From Octopus bimaculoides (lineage: Eukaryota), in assembly GCF_001194135.2 (NCBI RefSeq), contig NC_068982.1, forward strand, positions 97,326,284 through 97,383,634: a stretch of DNA of 57,351 nucleotides. Direction: 5' to 3'. Shown piece by piece: positions 38,976 through 52,074 of the stretch; within the stretch, counting starts at the first letter, position 1; each line of letters begins with the position of its first letter. The notes beneath the pieces were generated by a model. It did no database searches, had not been told where the DNA came from, and saw only the letters and a program-made list of their open reading frames with translations. The position numbers and the translations under genes are program-made.

Positions 38976-40583
38976 TATAGGGCTGTATGTGTGTATGTGT
39001 GTGTGTATTGGTGACCTAAGGTTGATACGCCATAAGATTTTCAGAAAACAATATACTCGTGTGAGTTTCCATTACACTTCCCAGGACGTCTTGAACTTTC
39101 GAAACAACCATTAATTAGACAGTGCTTTTGGTTGATTTTTGTTAATATAGAAACCTAGATCAAACTCATGAGATCTATTTACAGTTTAGTAGATTGGGAC
39201 AGCGAGAGTTAAGTATATATGTCAATCAACTCCTGACTATGCCGGTGGCATACTTTGAACTTTTCGACTTTTCCGCTTTGTTAACCCATCCATCTGTTCT
39301 AATTCTATTCTAAATTGTCCTACAATAGTCTTATTATGGCTACTAGAAGCGTAGACAGTTTGTGGTATATAGTTCTCACGAAAGCTTATCGATTAGTTGA
39401 GTTAGTTGACGGATCTTGCGACAACTCCTTCTATAGCGGTTTTTTTTTTTTTTGCATTACAAGCTTCAGTTAAAATTATAGAAGGTTCGGGATTTGAACA
39501 AGCCAAATTCATTTACCAGGACTGGAGGTCAAATGAATTCCTGCAAAAAGTGTATAATGAGTATTACTAAAAATTATGGTAAATAGATAATCTAGAAAGT
39601 AGGGTTTCGAACTTCAGTTTAGATGTTATAGCTTCTCCCGACTCTGACATTTCAAAATATGCACTAAGACAAATATAGATATTTGTATGCTTATAAACTT
39701 ACAAACCTAAAAATTATATTCTATTTTCTGAAACTGGAAACACGTCGATCTTTAGCGACAGTAAAAGAAATTAAACATGACAAACAACTATAAATAGAGC
39801 AAAAGTTCTTGAGTGTGTTCACTAACATCAGCGTGAAAGCTAAGAAAATATACTCTAAAATTCTGTGCTATTTTGGAACGGAAATATGTCACGGATTTGT
39901 CGACAATACCAATGTGATTCCTAAAAAGAAAATTGCTTATATTCTATATATGCTTCATAATGTATATATAGCCTTTACCAGTGTATGTTGTATCTAAGAT
40001 AGACAATCGTATTCACGTAAACATTACTGACTCGGTCAGGATTTTTGTTGCAAAACAAAAATCCAACTATTATTTTTGATGCAAAGAAATAAAATCATGA
40101 GTTAAATATGATATCTATGGAAACAACGATTTGTGACTTATTATATGCCATGATTTCTGATATAGGCACGAGACCATAAAATAGGGGGAAGCGATTTGGA
40201 CAGCCTCAATACTTCACTGCTTCTCTATTTTAGTAATCACGGGTGTTTGAACGGCACCGGTATGACGTAAATTTAGAAAGTGAAAAGAGATAACGAAATA
40301 TTTCAAGTTCAGGACTCTACCAATACTTTCATTCCACTAATAATAATAATTATTATTTCTAATTTTAGCATAAAGCCACCAATTATGAGGGGAGGCAGAA
40401 AATCGATTACATCGACCCCGATACTTGACTGGTACCATATTTTACTGACCTTGAGGCAAAGTTGACCTCGACAAGAGTTGTACTCAGAACTTAAAGAACT
40501 GAAAGAAATGATACCAAACATTTCGTCCGACGCCCTGTTTATTAACGATTCTGCCAAGTTGGTAATAATAATAATAATAATAA

Positions 40584-40802
40584 TCCTATCTACTATAGGC
40601 AAAAGGCCTGAAATTCGGTGGGGAGGGTGGGGGAGTTGATTATATTAACCCCAGTACGCAACTAATACTTATCTTATCGACCCCGAAAGGATGAAAGGCA
40701 AAAATCGACCTCGGCGGAATTTGAACCCAGAACGTGAAGGCGGACGACATACTGTTAAGCATCTCGCCCGGCGTGCTGACGATTCTGCCAGCTCGCCATC
40801 TT
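40584..40802 (-). mobile_element. tRNA-derived SINE family C, best-preserved copy
   Basis: Minus head GGCGAGCTGGCAGAATCG...GGGTTCAAATTCC (A and B boxes) with an (ATT)n tail. Older copies at about 8455-8660, 40345-40560, 40820-41010, 42750-42950, 42970-43182, 44480-44700, 44720-44900 and 48530-48730. Confidence 0.8.
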
Positions 40803-41499
40803 AACAACAACAACAGTCTCAGGTTTTGGCACGAGTTCCACAATTAGTAGAAGTGGATAAGTCGATTAAATCGACCCAATACTTGACTGGTACTTTATTT
40901 TATCGACTCCGAAAGAATGAAAGGCTAAGAAGATCTCGATGGTATTTGAACTCAGTGTGTAAAGGGCTGGGAGAAATAACAGAAAGCATTCCATTTAATG
41001 CTCTAACGATTCTTCTAGTCCTCAACCACCGAAGAGTTAAAAGTTGAAGAAAGTACAATGACCGCATGAAGCTGGACAAAGTTCTATAAATGTAAACTGG
41101 GAAGAGGTGGGACGTTATAGCATGGATAAAAACTAAATTTAGCCTAAAATGAATATAAAAGTTATATAAAATACAGTTATTAAAACAAGATATAATTCAT
41201 TTTTGAACAGAAAATGCATGAAAAACATTTAGATTTAACCGTCCACACATAGGTGGGAAACCACAGGCCATATTAGGCTGGAGCACTTTACAACTCTGCC
41301 TTCCCGTTGAGTTCTGATGCACTCAAAGGTATATGATAGCATTTTTTAAAGCAGGGTCGGTAAGGAATATTGTAACAAATATTGTAGCGAATTCTGTCGT
41401 TCGGTTGTCTACAGCAATTCTCTGAAAATATTTTCGCCTAGACATTCGGATAATACTTTAATATATATCTATAACTACTATGTCGTCATTTTCTATCTC

Positions 41500-42150
41500 C
41501 CTACAGCGATCCACGTGACGTCTTCCTGAGGTGGAACTTCCTAATATTTCTCTCCGCCTTTTGTCGGGCTTCACTATCCTTTTTGAAGACTTTTTTTACT
41601 TATATTTTCAGCGATAGTTTTTTCTTTTTTTCTTTTTCCTACATTTCCTTCTGCTCACTACAAGACGGTGTGGAGGAGTGCTGCTGATTGTTACAACCGG
41701 CGAACGGAGTGCCTGTTCTCTAACCGAGACCTGGCAAGAGGAAACCTCCTTTGCCTGTTTAGGAGCTGTGACTGATAGTTACTGTCGATCTTGTTGCTTT
41801 GCGCTGCTTTCCTCCCTCATTCGCTAGCTCAGTTCTTTGGGTACAGAAACCTTTGAGTGATTTTTACTACCTCATATATAACAACTAGGTCTTTTAATCT
41901 GCATCATCAGTCCCATGCTCTTTGTTTGGGCGCCCTTAACTGGATAAAATTCTGGTACGGCATTGTGAATTTCAGTGGTTATTCGGAAATGCAAATCCAT
42001 TCGCCCAGATCCCATGCCATCTCTCTTCATCTCTGTGTTAACGAGCCGTTCATACGATACTCTATAGATGATGACCTTCCTCCTTTCTGTGAGACAAAGG
42101 TAGATAAGCTTCTAATTGTATTTTTCAAGCAATAGGATGCAGTTCCTCTG
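41500..42150 (-). mobile_element. Possible decayed LINE ORF1 (gag-like) fragment
   Basis: Minus translation ends ...KRPSCYI*GSKNHSKVSVP, a broken C-x2-C-x4-H-x4-C knuckle, followed by basic low-complexity sequence. Confidence 0.3.
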
Positions 42151-43220
42151 AACATGATAAACCTCTGTTCTGTTTCGGACTATGTACTATACATATTCAA
42201 GTGTATAACGCTGGGGGCAGCTGAGGCAAAAGTAATTTCCTGTGTGACTGTCTTAAACGACATTTGTTTGTGTATTAGGCAATGTTATTATTGTTTGTTG
42301 CGGCAATAACACTAATACAGTGAGCGAGTTCTCACAATCACTGAAAGACATTTTTTTTTCTTACAAAATATAAAAGGTTTTATTTCTAAAACTTGCGTGA
42401 ATTGTTGCAATATGGATTTTTACATGTTATTCCTGTTTCACAATGGCAGAATGGATTATTGTTGTTTTGTTTTGAGAGGCGTTTCCTCGACTCGACGCCA
42501 TTGTGAATGAAATAAAACCAAAATAAAGTTCGAAATGTCAATAAAAATTTTTGTTTGCGAAGTCAATAAATACGATAAACTTCCTTTTAAAACACCTTTA
42601 CATGACACAAACAAGTAAAATATTATGCACTTTCTGAAAAATAAAATCCTTGGAAAAGGTAGAAATGAGAAAATAAATATATAAAATAAAAAAATATATA
42701 TAATGAGGAAAAACAACTAGCGTTGAAAATCAAAATAATAACAACAACGGCTCCAAATTTTGGTATAAGGTCAATAGTTTTGGTGGGAGGAGTTAATCGA
42801 TTACATCGACCCAGTACTTGACTGGTATTTATTTATCGATCCCAAAGTGATGAAAGGCCAAGTTAACCTCGACGGGATTTGAAATCAGAATGTAAACAGC
42901 AGGAAGAAATTCCCTAAAGCAAGTTTTCCGATGTTCTAACAATCCACTCCAAGCAAAATAATAGCAATAAGAATGGTTTCAAATCTTGGCACAAGGCCAG
43001 TTATTTCGGGTGAGTGGGTAACTCGATTTAATCGACCAAGTACTCAACTTATTTTATCGACTCAAAAGGACGAGGGGCAAAAATCAATCTGGGAGGAATT
43101 TGAACCGAGTACATGAAGACGGACGAAATGCCGTTAAGCATCTTGTCCAGCGTGCTAATGATTCTGCCTGCTCACCACCTTTCAAAATAATAATAATAAT
43201 AATAATAATTTCTCATTATA

Positions 43221-43378
43221 GGCGTAGGAGTGGCTGTGTGGTAAGTAGCTTGCTTACGAACCACATGGTCCCGGGTTCAGTTCCACTGCGTGGCACCTTG
43301 GGCGTCTTCTACTATAGCTTCGGGCCGACCAAAGCCTTGTGAGTAGATTTGTTAGACGGAAACTGAAAGAAGCTCGTC

Positions 43379-43410
<32 letters not shown>

Positions 43411-43646
43411 GTATGTGTGTGTGTATATGTTTGTGTGTTTGTCCCCACCCCCAACATCGCTTGACAACCAATGCTGGTGTGTTTACGTCCCCGTAACTTA
43501 GCGGTTCAGCAAAAGAGACCGATAGAATAAGTACTAGGCTTATAAAGAATAAGTCCTGGAGTCGATTTGCTCGACTAAAGGCGGTGCTCCAGCATGGCCA
43601 CAGTCAAATGACTGAAACAAGTAAAAGAGTAAAAGAGTGAAAGAGT
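43221..43646 (+). mobile_element. tRNA-derived SINE family A, full length
   Basis: GGCGTAGGAGTGGCTGTGTGG...GGTTCAGTTCC head, internal (TA)n(TG)n, and (AAAAGAGT)n tail. Confidence 0.88.
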
Positions 43647-45789
43647 GTATAGAAGGTCAGATATTTGAAAGTGGGGTTACCAACAAATAAATTAACAACT
43701 CACAAACACACAAAACTACTAAATAAAACAACCATTTAATTATGACGGATACACTCAAAGCAAGCCAAAAGTTCAAACAACTCTCATTCTAAACAGCTGC
43801 AACGAGTTGATACCACAGAAACTACACACTATATACCATACACAATTACCGTTTAACGCTGAAATATATAACACAGATCACATAGCACGTGCGAAACATT
43901 CACCACGTAGCAATAACACAGCACATCGGCACATTCTTTACACGGCAGAGGAAACAATAAATTACACCAAAAACAAGTGGAATTCTCAAAGCGGAAACTG
44001 ATGTTATAGACATGGGACTACACCCCAAACATAAAATACTGCACATACCTCGGGGACACAGAGATGCTGTGAAAACTCGTCTGGAACTGCCAATGAAAAT
44101 ATTAAAAAAAAAATATAGAAATATTAACATCTCTAACATAGGCAAAAATCAAGAAATTTTGAGAAGGGAATAGTTGATTCATCTCTGCTAGTATTTGAAA
44201 GCAGCTTAGCTTATCATCCGACCCACCGAGAAATGAAAGTAGAAGCTGATCTTGGCGGATAGCTTCTATATGATACACATGGCTATAGATTTTACGGAAT
44301 GGGGAAAAATCGCTTTGATGGACCCTAGTATCTGACTGGTACTAATTCAATCGCGTGACAAAACAAAAAAATACAAGAACAAAACAAAGATGACCGAGGC
44401 AATTTTGAATGTGGAACGTAAAAAAACGCGACAAAATACTAACAACTATTTTGTATAAAAATATACCGTCTCTACTATCTTCTAATTTAAGAGCCTTAAC
44501 ATTGGCACAAAAATGCAAAATTTTAGGAAAGGTGCAACAAGCCTCTAGATCTTAATTGATACTTATTTTATTGATCTAACAAGGATGAAAAGCAAAACAG
44601 ACCTCGGCAGGATTTGATCTCAAAACAAAAACAGCTGCCAATAAATACCGCAGAGAATTTATTGAAATGTCCCACCGATCCTGTCACACTTCCACTTTGT
44701 TACAATGTCAATAACGATTCTAACTAAAGTACATGCAAGGGGTTAGAAATCAATGAGATCAATCCCAGCCCCTGTCTCATACTTGTTCTGTTGACATCAA
44801 AACGATAAGAAGCAAAGAGGACCTTACAGGATGTGAACTAAGAACGCAACAAAATACTGCTAGTCATTATTCCCACTGCTCTATCGATTTTACCCCTCCG
44901 CTGATTTTTACAACAATAATAAAACTAATTTATTTTTTGAGCAGTTTCTATAAAAATGGTAGGCGTCTGGCGATTGATATAACGATTTTAGTTTTGGAAA
45001 TGTCAATGTAATGCTAGCGTAATAATTCCTATTAAAAAAAGAAACTGTCCTCCTGTTGTCATAATGATTATTTGAAAAACAGTTTTGATTTCAGAGCATT
45101 TATGACAGGTGTCAGATCGGGAAGTGTTCCTATTAATACCGTTCGCCCTCAGCGATCTTTTTTTCTGTATTTTAATCTTGATGCAAATACACGTCATATT
45201 TATGAGAGAGGAAAAAATGTTTTGAATAATCTAAATATAATATTTTTACTGAATGCAATCTGTTCTACATCTGATAATGTTATTTATCATTCTAGCATCG
45301 TATTTAACTCGACCCGGTAAAAAATACATAACCCTATGATAAGTATATTAACAGTGTTTGTTATCATTGTTATGAACTAAAAGGTCAAGTCGATTACTGC
45401 GGCTATATTTTGAAAACATGTTTTACTCTTGTTTATGGATGTCAGTTAGAGTTTAAAATTATTTCTTTTGTTTCCTAGAAACTGTAAAACATTTTCAGTG
45501 ACGTAAGGTAGCATTATGACACAGACAGTACTCAAAATTATGAGCTTTGTTTGCAGTGAGCAAAAATATTTAAATCAAAATTACACCTGACGTTAGGAGA
45601 AAGATATCGTTAACTTAATGATCAATTTTGGTAAAGAAAAGCAAGGGAGATAATCTTTAAATTTTAATCAACCAAAATAATTAATTGGGATGTGGGCAAT
45701 GCAGAAGAAGGTGGAAATGATCTTGAGAGAACAGTGACAACTTTAGATAGGTTTCGTGATATAAATAGCTCTGGATTGAGAAAATATGT

Positions 45790-46520
45790 GCTTCTGCTAG
45801 AAATAGCAGCTAAATTTCCCTCAAACCATACTATGCTGTCTTAAAATCGGAAGAATACACTTAGATAATATATGACGAAATGGACACAGCCGGAACATTT
45901 TAAATCAACAAAGCTGGGACAAGAACAATGAAATCGATATATGCTCATTTGATCTGCTAGAAAGAGTTGCCAAATCCCTCTAAAATTAAACCATTCTGTT
46001 TAATAGAGGACTAATACATTGGATAATGTGGAGGCGCAATGGCCCAGTGGCCCAGTGGTTAGGGCAGAGGACTCGCGGTCATAGGATCGCGGTTTCGATT
46101 CCCAGACCGGTCGTTGTGAGTGTTTATTGAGCGAAAACACCTAAAGCTCCACGAGGCTCCGGCAGGGGATAGTGGGGAACCCCGCTGTACTCTTTCACCA
46201 CAACTTTCTCTCACTCTTACTTCCTGTTTCTGTTGTGCCTGTATTTCAAAGGGTCAGTCTTGTCACACTGTGTCACGCTGAATATCCCCAAGAACTACGT
46301 TAAGGGTACACGTGTCTGTGGAGTGCTCAGCCACTTGCAGGTTAATTTCACGAGCAGGCTGTCCCGTTGATCGGATCAACTGGAACCCTCGACGTCGTAA
46401 GCGACGGAGTACCAACAACATTGGATAATGTAGTTCTGTATACACAAAAAGACGGCACGGTTGCAAATGGAAAGCCTTTGATCATAGGTCTGCTTAATCA
46501 GGGCTGTCCTTGGACTAAAC
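45790..46520 (+). repeat. Old dispersed repeat family D (CTAGAAATAGCAGC-type), host of the SINE B insertion
   Basis: Related segments at 45790-45870, 45955-46029 continuing into 46432-46520, 47260-47420, and in reverse at 29300-29360 and 56070-56240. Confidence 0.5.
46030..46417 (+). mobile_element. tRNA-derived SINE family B with 14 bp TSD
   Basis: A box TGGCCCAGTGG (8 bp duplicated), B box GTTTCGATTCC. TSD ACATTGGATAATGT at 46016-46029 and 46418-46431. Confidence 0.92.
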
Positions 46521-49073
46521 AGCAATTAGTTCTGCATCTTGGCTCGACAACATGGATCGTGTACTTAAATGTTTTATGTAATCTGCGTGAAAGTATTCCT
46601 GGAGATTCTAACATTTAAAATTATACGAGAAGAAATTTCTAGCCCGACAATAAGATAAAGTAGAATAAAATTTTGAGGTGAATCGAAATGTTTTCTTGCG
46701 AAATTCACGATATCAAATATATTTGATTATTTTCCAAACTAGCTGACCAATTGAATACTAAGTATTATATTTTGAAGAGAGCAAATCTCAATATCTCGTC
46801 ATTGATTGTGTTTAGAATATATTTGCCATTCAAAATTATTCAGTTGGACTAAAGGAAAATGAGTTATTATGACAACACCAAAGTTGAATGAGACCTAATT
46901 TGGCTGAAATATCGACCATTCAGTTGTCAAACTCATATGTTTTCTGCTGGGCTGACGATGCCAAGTGTAAGGCTAGAAATATATTTTGGTGTAGAATTAA
47001 CTCGTTCCTATGTTCTGCGCTGTGCTACAGAACTTCTTTCTAATATTATTGGTACAGCACCAATCTTCTTCCTCGTTCTTGAGTTCTTAGTGGATTTCAC
47101 ATAATTCTTATTCTCTGATCCAAATCCAGTGTTTCAGGTATATCATAATTAATAGACATTACATTAACTGAATCTATATCTATGTATGCTTAAGCGAGTT
47201 ACTCAAGTCAATGAAGGAATCATTTGTGGCAATGAGTCTATAGGATTGCTCCACCAGCTAGAAAAGTATCCAAATCTCTCTTATATCATACCCAATCCCT
47301 TTCTTAAACAGGTAAGAACACATTAGATAACGTGCTCCTAGATAGAATATAACTGAAGAAAATATGGGATGGTCATGGTTGGAGTTACTTTGATGAAAGG
47401 CTGATTTGAAGCTAAACAGCAGCAGCATCAACAGTAACCTGTTTTCTGGATTGGCTAAAATTAGCAAGAAAATGGGGTCAGACCGGTGATTGAGTTTAAT
47501 CCATCGAACTTCAGTCCATCTCCGACTCTCACAGTTGCTTTTTTATTTTACAAAATCTGGCGAACTGTCCGAATTTCGATCAGTTACTGTTCATACATTT
47601 AGTTCAGTTCTTATATTATTTTACATAAATTTTATATTCGAACGAATTTAGTTTTGATCGTCTGTTTGATCTGCGGATCACTCTTTTGATATCGCATTCT
47701 TAAATCGGAGAGTTTTACCCTGAGATGAAACCATAATCTATTTTTAGAAGCTTATGAAGCCAACATTTAGCTGTAGCTTTAAGTGAAGAGATATGCATTG
47801 CTCCTAGATAGAATGCGAATCTATAATAAACAGCCTTCGCACAGTATCTTATAATTTTCCACATCGAAGCAAACTAATGAATTAATCGTCATTCTAGAAT
47901 ATAAGGAACTTCAAAAAAAATAAATATCTTGACACTAAAATGTATCATTAATGGATGATTTAAAGAAAAAATCATTGTGCTGAGTTCAAGTACTTCATTG
48001 GGTGTGTGTTGGAAAGATTGGGATTTTATGAAGCTAATTTACTCTGGAATTACTGTAAGAAGTCCGCGTGTGCTGCACCTATGTATGACCTGATGGTAGC
48101 TACAAAGAACTCTGTGAAATTTCAAAACTTAAATGTTTAAATTAGTTGTTGAGTTTATGTGTTCACATCTTAGAAAATTAAACTAGAGGGATTAAGCAAA
48201 GAGAAAATTTGTAACACGTTAGATGGGTGGCCGAACGGTAGGCCTACGTAAACGCTTTCCAAATCTATTATTGGCTACAGTGACTTGAAGTTACTTCAAA
48301 CAGGAGTAGCGTTGACAAGAATTTAGTGAAAATCCAGACTGCAAAGAATCCTTTATTTGATTGCATCGGCAACTAAAAATAATTGTAAAGTTTTGTAAAA
48401 GAATTGTAAATGTATTTTTCATGGGCGATAGATACTTTATTAAGATGTAAATGAAAGAAACCTTCGCCTGTTGTTTTCTGGCGTACGAAGAATTAGTTTT
48501 AGTCATTCTGAGTTCCGAATTAGATTAATATTGGTTTCAAATTTTGGCACAAAGGCAGCAATTTCGGCGAGTGGGTAAGTGCTCAACTGGTACTTATTTT
48601 ATCAAGTTTCGAAAGACAAAATCGATGTCTGCAGAATTTGAACTCAGAACGTAAAGACGGACGCAATGTCACTAAGCATCTTGCTGGGGGGGGGGGGGTG
48701 CTAACGGATCTGCCAGCTCACCACCTTCGTACTAAATTAATATTGATTGCTCTTTACTTGAAACAAACATGTGTTGTTATGGAAACCCTGTCGGAATCTC
48801 ATTTCGCCGGACTTTTACCGCTTGTTCTACAGTGTTTGCTACATACTCTATAAATACTGGTTTCTGGCAAAGTCGAGACTAACAGAATTGACCACAGAAT
48901 CTGAAGGAAATAAGGTGTGGACCACAATACAATTTGTCTGGCGCTCTCCTGCTACCTCATCGCCCAGCGTTTCTGTTATTCCGATAATTATTTCTAATAT
49001 AGACATAAGGCCAGCAATTAGCCGATTAAATTAATGCCAGTACTGAACCAGTACTTCATTTTATTGACCCTCC

Positions 49074-49380
49074 TGGCACTCCGTCAATTACAATGACGAG
49101 GGTTCCAGTTGACCCGATCAACGGAACAGCTTACTCGTTAAATTAACGTGTAATTGGCTGAGCACTCCACAGACACACGTACCCATAACGTAATTCACAA
49201 GGAGATTCAAAGTAACAAGGCTGACCTTTTTGAAGTACCGATACAATTCATTTTTGCCAGCCGAATGTACTGGAGCATCATGAAATTAAGTGTGTTGTTG
49301 AAGGACACAATGCGTCGCCGGGAATCGAACTCATGACATTACGATCGTGAGCCGAATACCATAACCACTTAGCCACACGC
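49074..49380 (-). mobile_element. SINE B 3' part (49074-49232) adjoining another tRNA-SINE head (49240-49380)
   Basis: The first part matches 28890-29050. The second part reads on minus as GGCGTGTGGCTAAGTGG...GAGTTCGATTCCC. Confidence 0.7.
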
Positions 49381-50229
49381 CTTTGCGAGGATTCAATGAA
49401 AAGTTGATCTTTGCGGGATTTGAACGCAGAAATCAAAGGGCGGGAATATATAAACGCGAGGCGTTTTCTCCAACGACTTTAACGATTGTGCCAAGCCACT
49501 GCGCTGTGCTATTACTCAGATGAAGCACTAACTTACACCATGTCCCACATTTACATTTTTACTACTTTTCCATTTATGAATCACGTCCATCTGATTTATA
49601 TTTTTCACAAACATCGCCACGACACTATTTATAAGTGTTTATTTAGGAACACATTCTCCAAATGTCCAAGCAATAGAATAGCCGAAGCATCTCCTACCGA
49701 AAAAATCGTTCTCAACGACCAACGATCTGTTACATTATAAATGTAATCTTCGCTCTCCTACCTGTAGCTCGCTTTCATTTATCGACAATCGATATTCAAC
49801 TCCCTAAACAAAGATTATAGGGTTCCAACGTCATATCTCCTAAATCTTTCCCTCTACTTAACATCTATTAGAATCAACTATTCAGTAACCTTGTAGTAAA
49901 GTATATAATTCACCGTTTCTATCACCAAACCGTTCTCGACAGCTTTCTACCGTGAATCTAAATGCTGTTATGTTGCAGTGAAATTCACCCATGCAAATGT
50001 ATTTGATTAGTTTCCAAAATAGTTAACCAAGTACTGACAAAAGAATTTGTAGAACCGCCCTTGACAATTTCTCGTGGCTGTATGTGCCTGGAATATATTT
50101 CATTTTTCAATGTATAGAGGAGAATTTTCAACGGAAGATTTCACTGAAAAATAAATAAATGAATATAATAATAAAAATAAAGATATATATGCAACAATAT
50201 CATTGTAATTTCTCTTTCAGAAAACATTT

Positions 50230-50291
50230 TTCACCACCACCACCAACAACAACAACACCAACACCAACACCACCACCACCACCAACACCAC

Positions 50292-50328
<37 letters not shown>

Positions 50329-50449
50329 GTCATCATCATCATCATCATCGTCATCATCATCATCATCATCACTACCACCATCACAACCATCATCACTACC
50401 ACTACCTCCACAACCGTCACCATCACCATAATTGTAGAAGTTGTCCTCG

Positions 50450-50480
<31 letters not shown>

Positions 50481-50690
50481 TACTACAAGCATCTCCACCA
50501 CCACCACTGCCACTACCACTGCCTCCACAGCCGTCGCCAATCGTATTAGTCATTGTCGTCATCATCATCATCATTACTACAAGCATTCCCACCACCACCA
50601 CCACTACCACCACTACCACCACCACCACCACCACCACCACCACAACTGCTTCCACAGCTGGAACCATTATCACAATCGTCGTCGTCATCG
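50230..50690. repeat. Compound trinucleotide repeat (CAC/CAT/CAA/CGT) with internal higher-order duplications
   Basis: Direct reading. TCATCATTACTACAAGCAT occurs twice. Confidence 0.9.
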
Positions 50691-51117
50691 TTTTACAAAT
50701 TCAGTTTGTATTTGATCACAGTTGCATGCTGATGCAGAACTTTTGTAAAGAATTTACAACCTTTTACTTTTATGATCTTTGGTAAATATGATGTAACAGA
50801 AAAGGATCGAAGAGTAAAGGTAAGCCCCAAGGAAGCTAAATTTTCGATTTGGTTTCAGTTTATGTGACTACATCTTTGAAGGTCGGTATGAAAGATCGAT
50901 TTGGTGATGTTCTGTTTGAAATTCCTTAATTTGATGTCGAGATGCGAAGACAGGAGTGAGAAAAACGTTTAGTGAAGGATTTGGCTGTGATGAGATAGAA
51001 TAGGGATAAGGCCAGGAGGAGAGGTAAGAGTATTGGAGATAGTACTGAGGTGGAGAGTTTAGAGGAGGAGAAGTTTTTATAAGAGATATAGAAAACAAAA
51101 CAAAAAAAAAAAGAGCA

Positions 51118-51285
51118 GGCGTGGCTGTGTGGTAAGAATTTGCTTCTCAGCCACATGGTGCTGGGTTCAGTCCTACTCTGTGGCACCTTGGGAAAGTGTG
51201 TTCTAGTTATAGCCTCGAGCCGACCAAAGCCTTGAGAGTGGATTTGGTTGAAGGAAACTGATGAAAGAAGCCTGTCGTGTATATA
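51118..51285 (+). mobile_element. SINE family A 5' part
   Basis: Aligns to 43221-43385. Confidence 0.8.
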
Positions 51286-51441
51286 TTTATTTATTTCTAT
51301 AAGAATGAGTAAATATTCAAAATAAATACTTGTAAAGATATTATTATTATTGTTACCAAGGGCAAATCTAAATAAGTGTTAATAACAATAACATTAATAG
51401 CAGCAAGCGATATTAGCATTAAACAGCTATACATTAAATTT

Positions 51442-51694
51442 TTAATTACATTAGAGGGTACACGAAGCACCCAACTTAACCACCAATCTTACTGAATTCG
51501 AAATCCTGATCCAGGTATATCTGTCACCATATTCTACGGCTTTTTTTAGCTGAGATAGTATGTTGAATTCCGCTCGTTTGCCAGATCTCTGTTGATCCGT
51601 TACATATTTTCAGTAAGATTGGTGGTTATGTTGGGTTTTTTTTTACTTCACTCTCTAGCGAGCTGGTGCTTCGCGTACCCTCTAATATAATTAA
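51442..51694. mobile_element. MITE-like inverted-repeat element
   Basis: 51442-51471 vs 51665-51694 are 28/30 complementary. 51470-51496 vs 51609-51635 are 26/27 complementary. TTAA at both outer ends. Confidence 0.7.
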
Positions 51695-51702
51695 GAATAT
51701 AT

Positions 51703-51977
51703 ATATTGTATTTGGGGATGGTCATGTTGTCAATTTAGCCAATGAAAACACACGCATTATTTATTCGGTGTTCGCTTGCTTCAGCTTTATTTCATATTAA
51801 TTATATTTCGGCCAGAGTTCTTTCGTCACACTTCTGTGATCTCATCAGTGGTCCTTTGCTTTCTGTTTTCTTGCCTAAATATATTTAATATGAAATAAAG
51901 CTGAAGCAAGCGAACACCGAATAAATAGTGCGTGTTTTCATTGGCTAAATTGGCAGGATGACCATCTCCAAATACAA
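51703..51977. mobile_element. Palindromic hammerhead-bearing element, family HH-1, copy 2
   Basis: About 95 bp inverted arms (51703-51800 and 51885-51977) around an 84 bp spacer that contains the hammerhead. Confidence 0.8.
51810..51854 (-). ncRNA. Minimal type I hammerhead ribozyme motif
   Basis: GGACCA-CUGAUGA-GA-UCACA(GAAG)UGUGAC-GAAA-GAAC-UC/UGGCC. Differs from 111-155 by one base, at an unpaired stem II position. Confidence 0.75.
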
Positions 51978-52042
51978 CAATATCTGTTTCAAAACATAAG
52001 TCCACATCAAGAATCTTGCAAAACGAATGCATNNNNNNNNNN

Positions 52043-52074
<32 letters not shown>

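Noticed and set aside
46030-46100. tRNA-like cloverleaf heads (here and in other SINEs)
   Set aside because: They continue into SINE bodies with tails and TSDs, so they are not tRNA genes.
50200-50785. Long Asp/Gly/Ser/Thr-rich ORFs resembling biomineral or mucin proteins
   Set aside because: They are open in several frames because trinucleotide repeats lack stops, and there are no splice signals or signal peptide.
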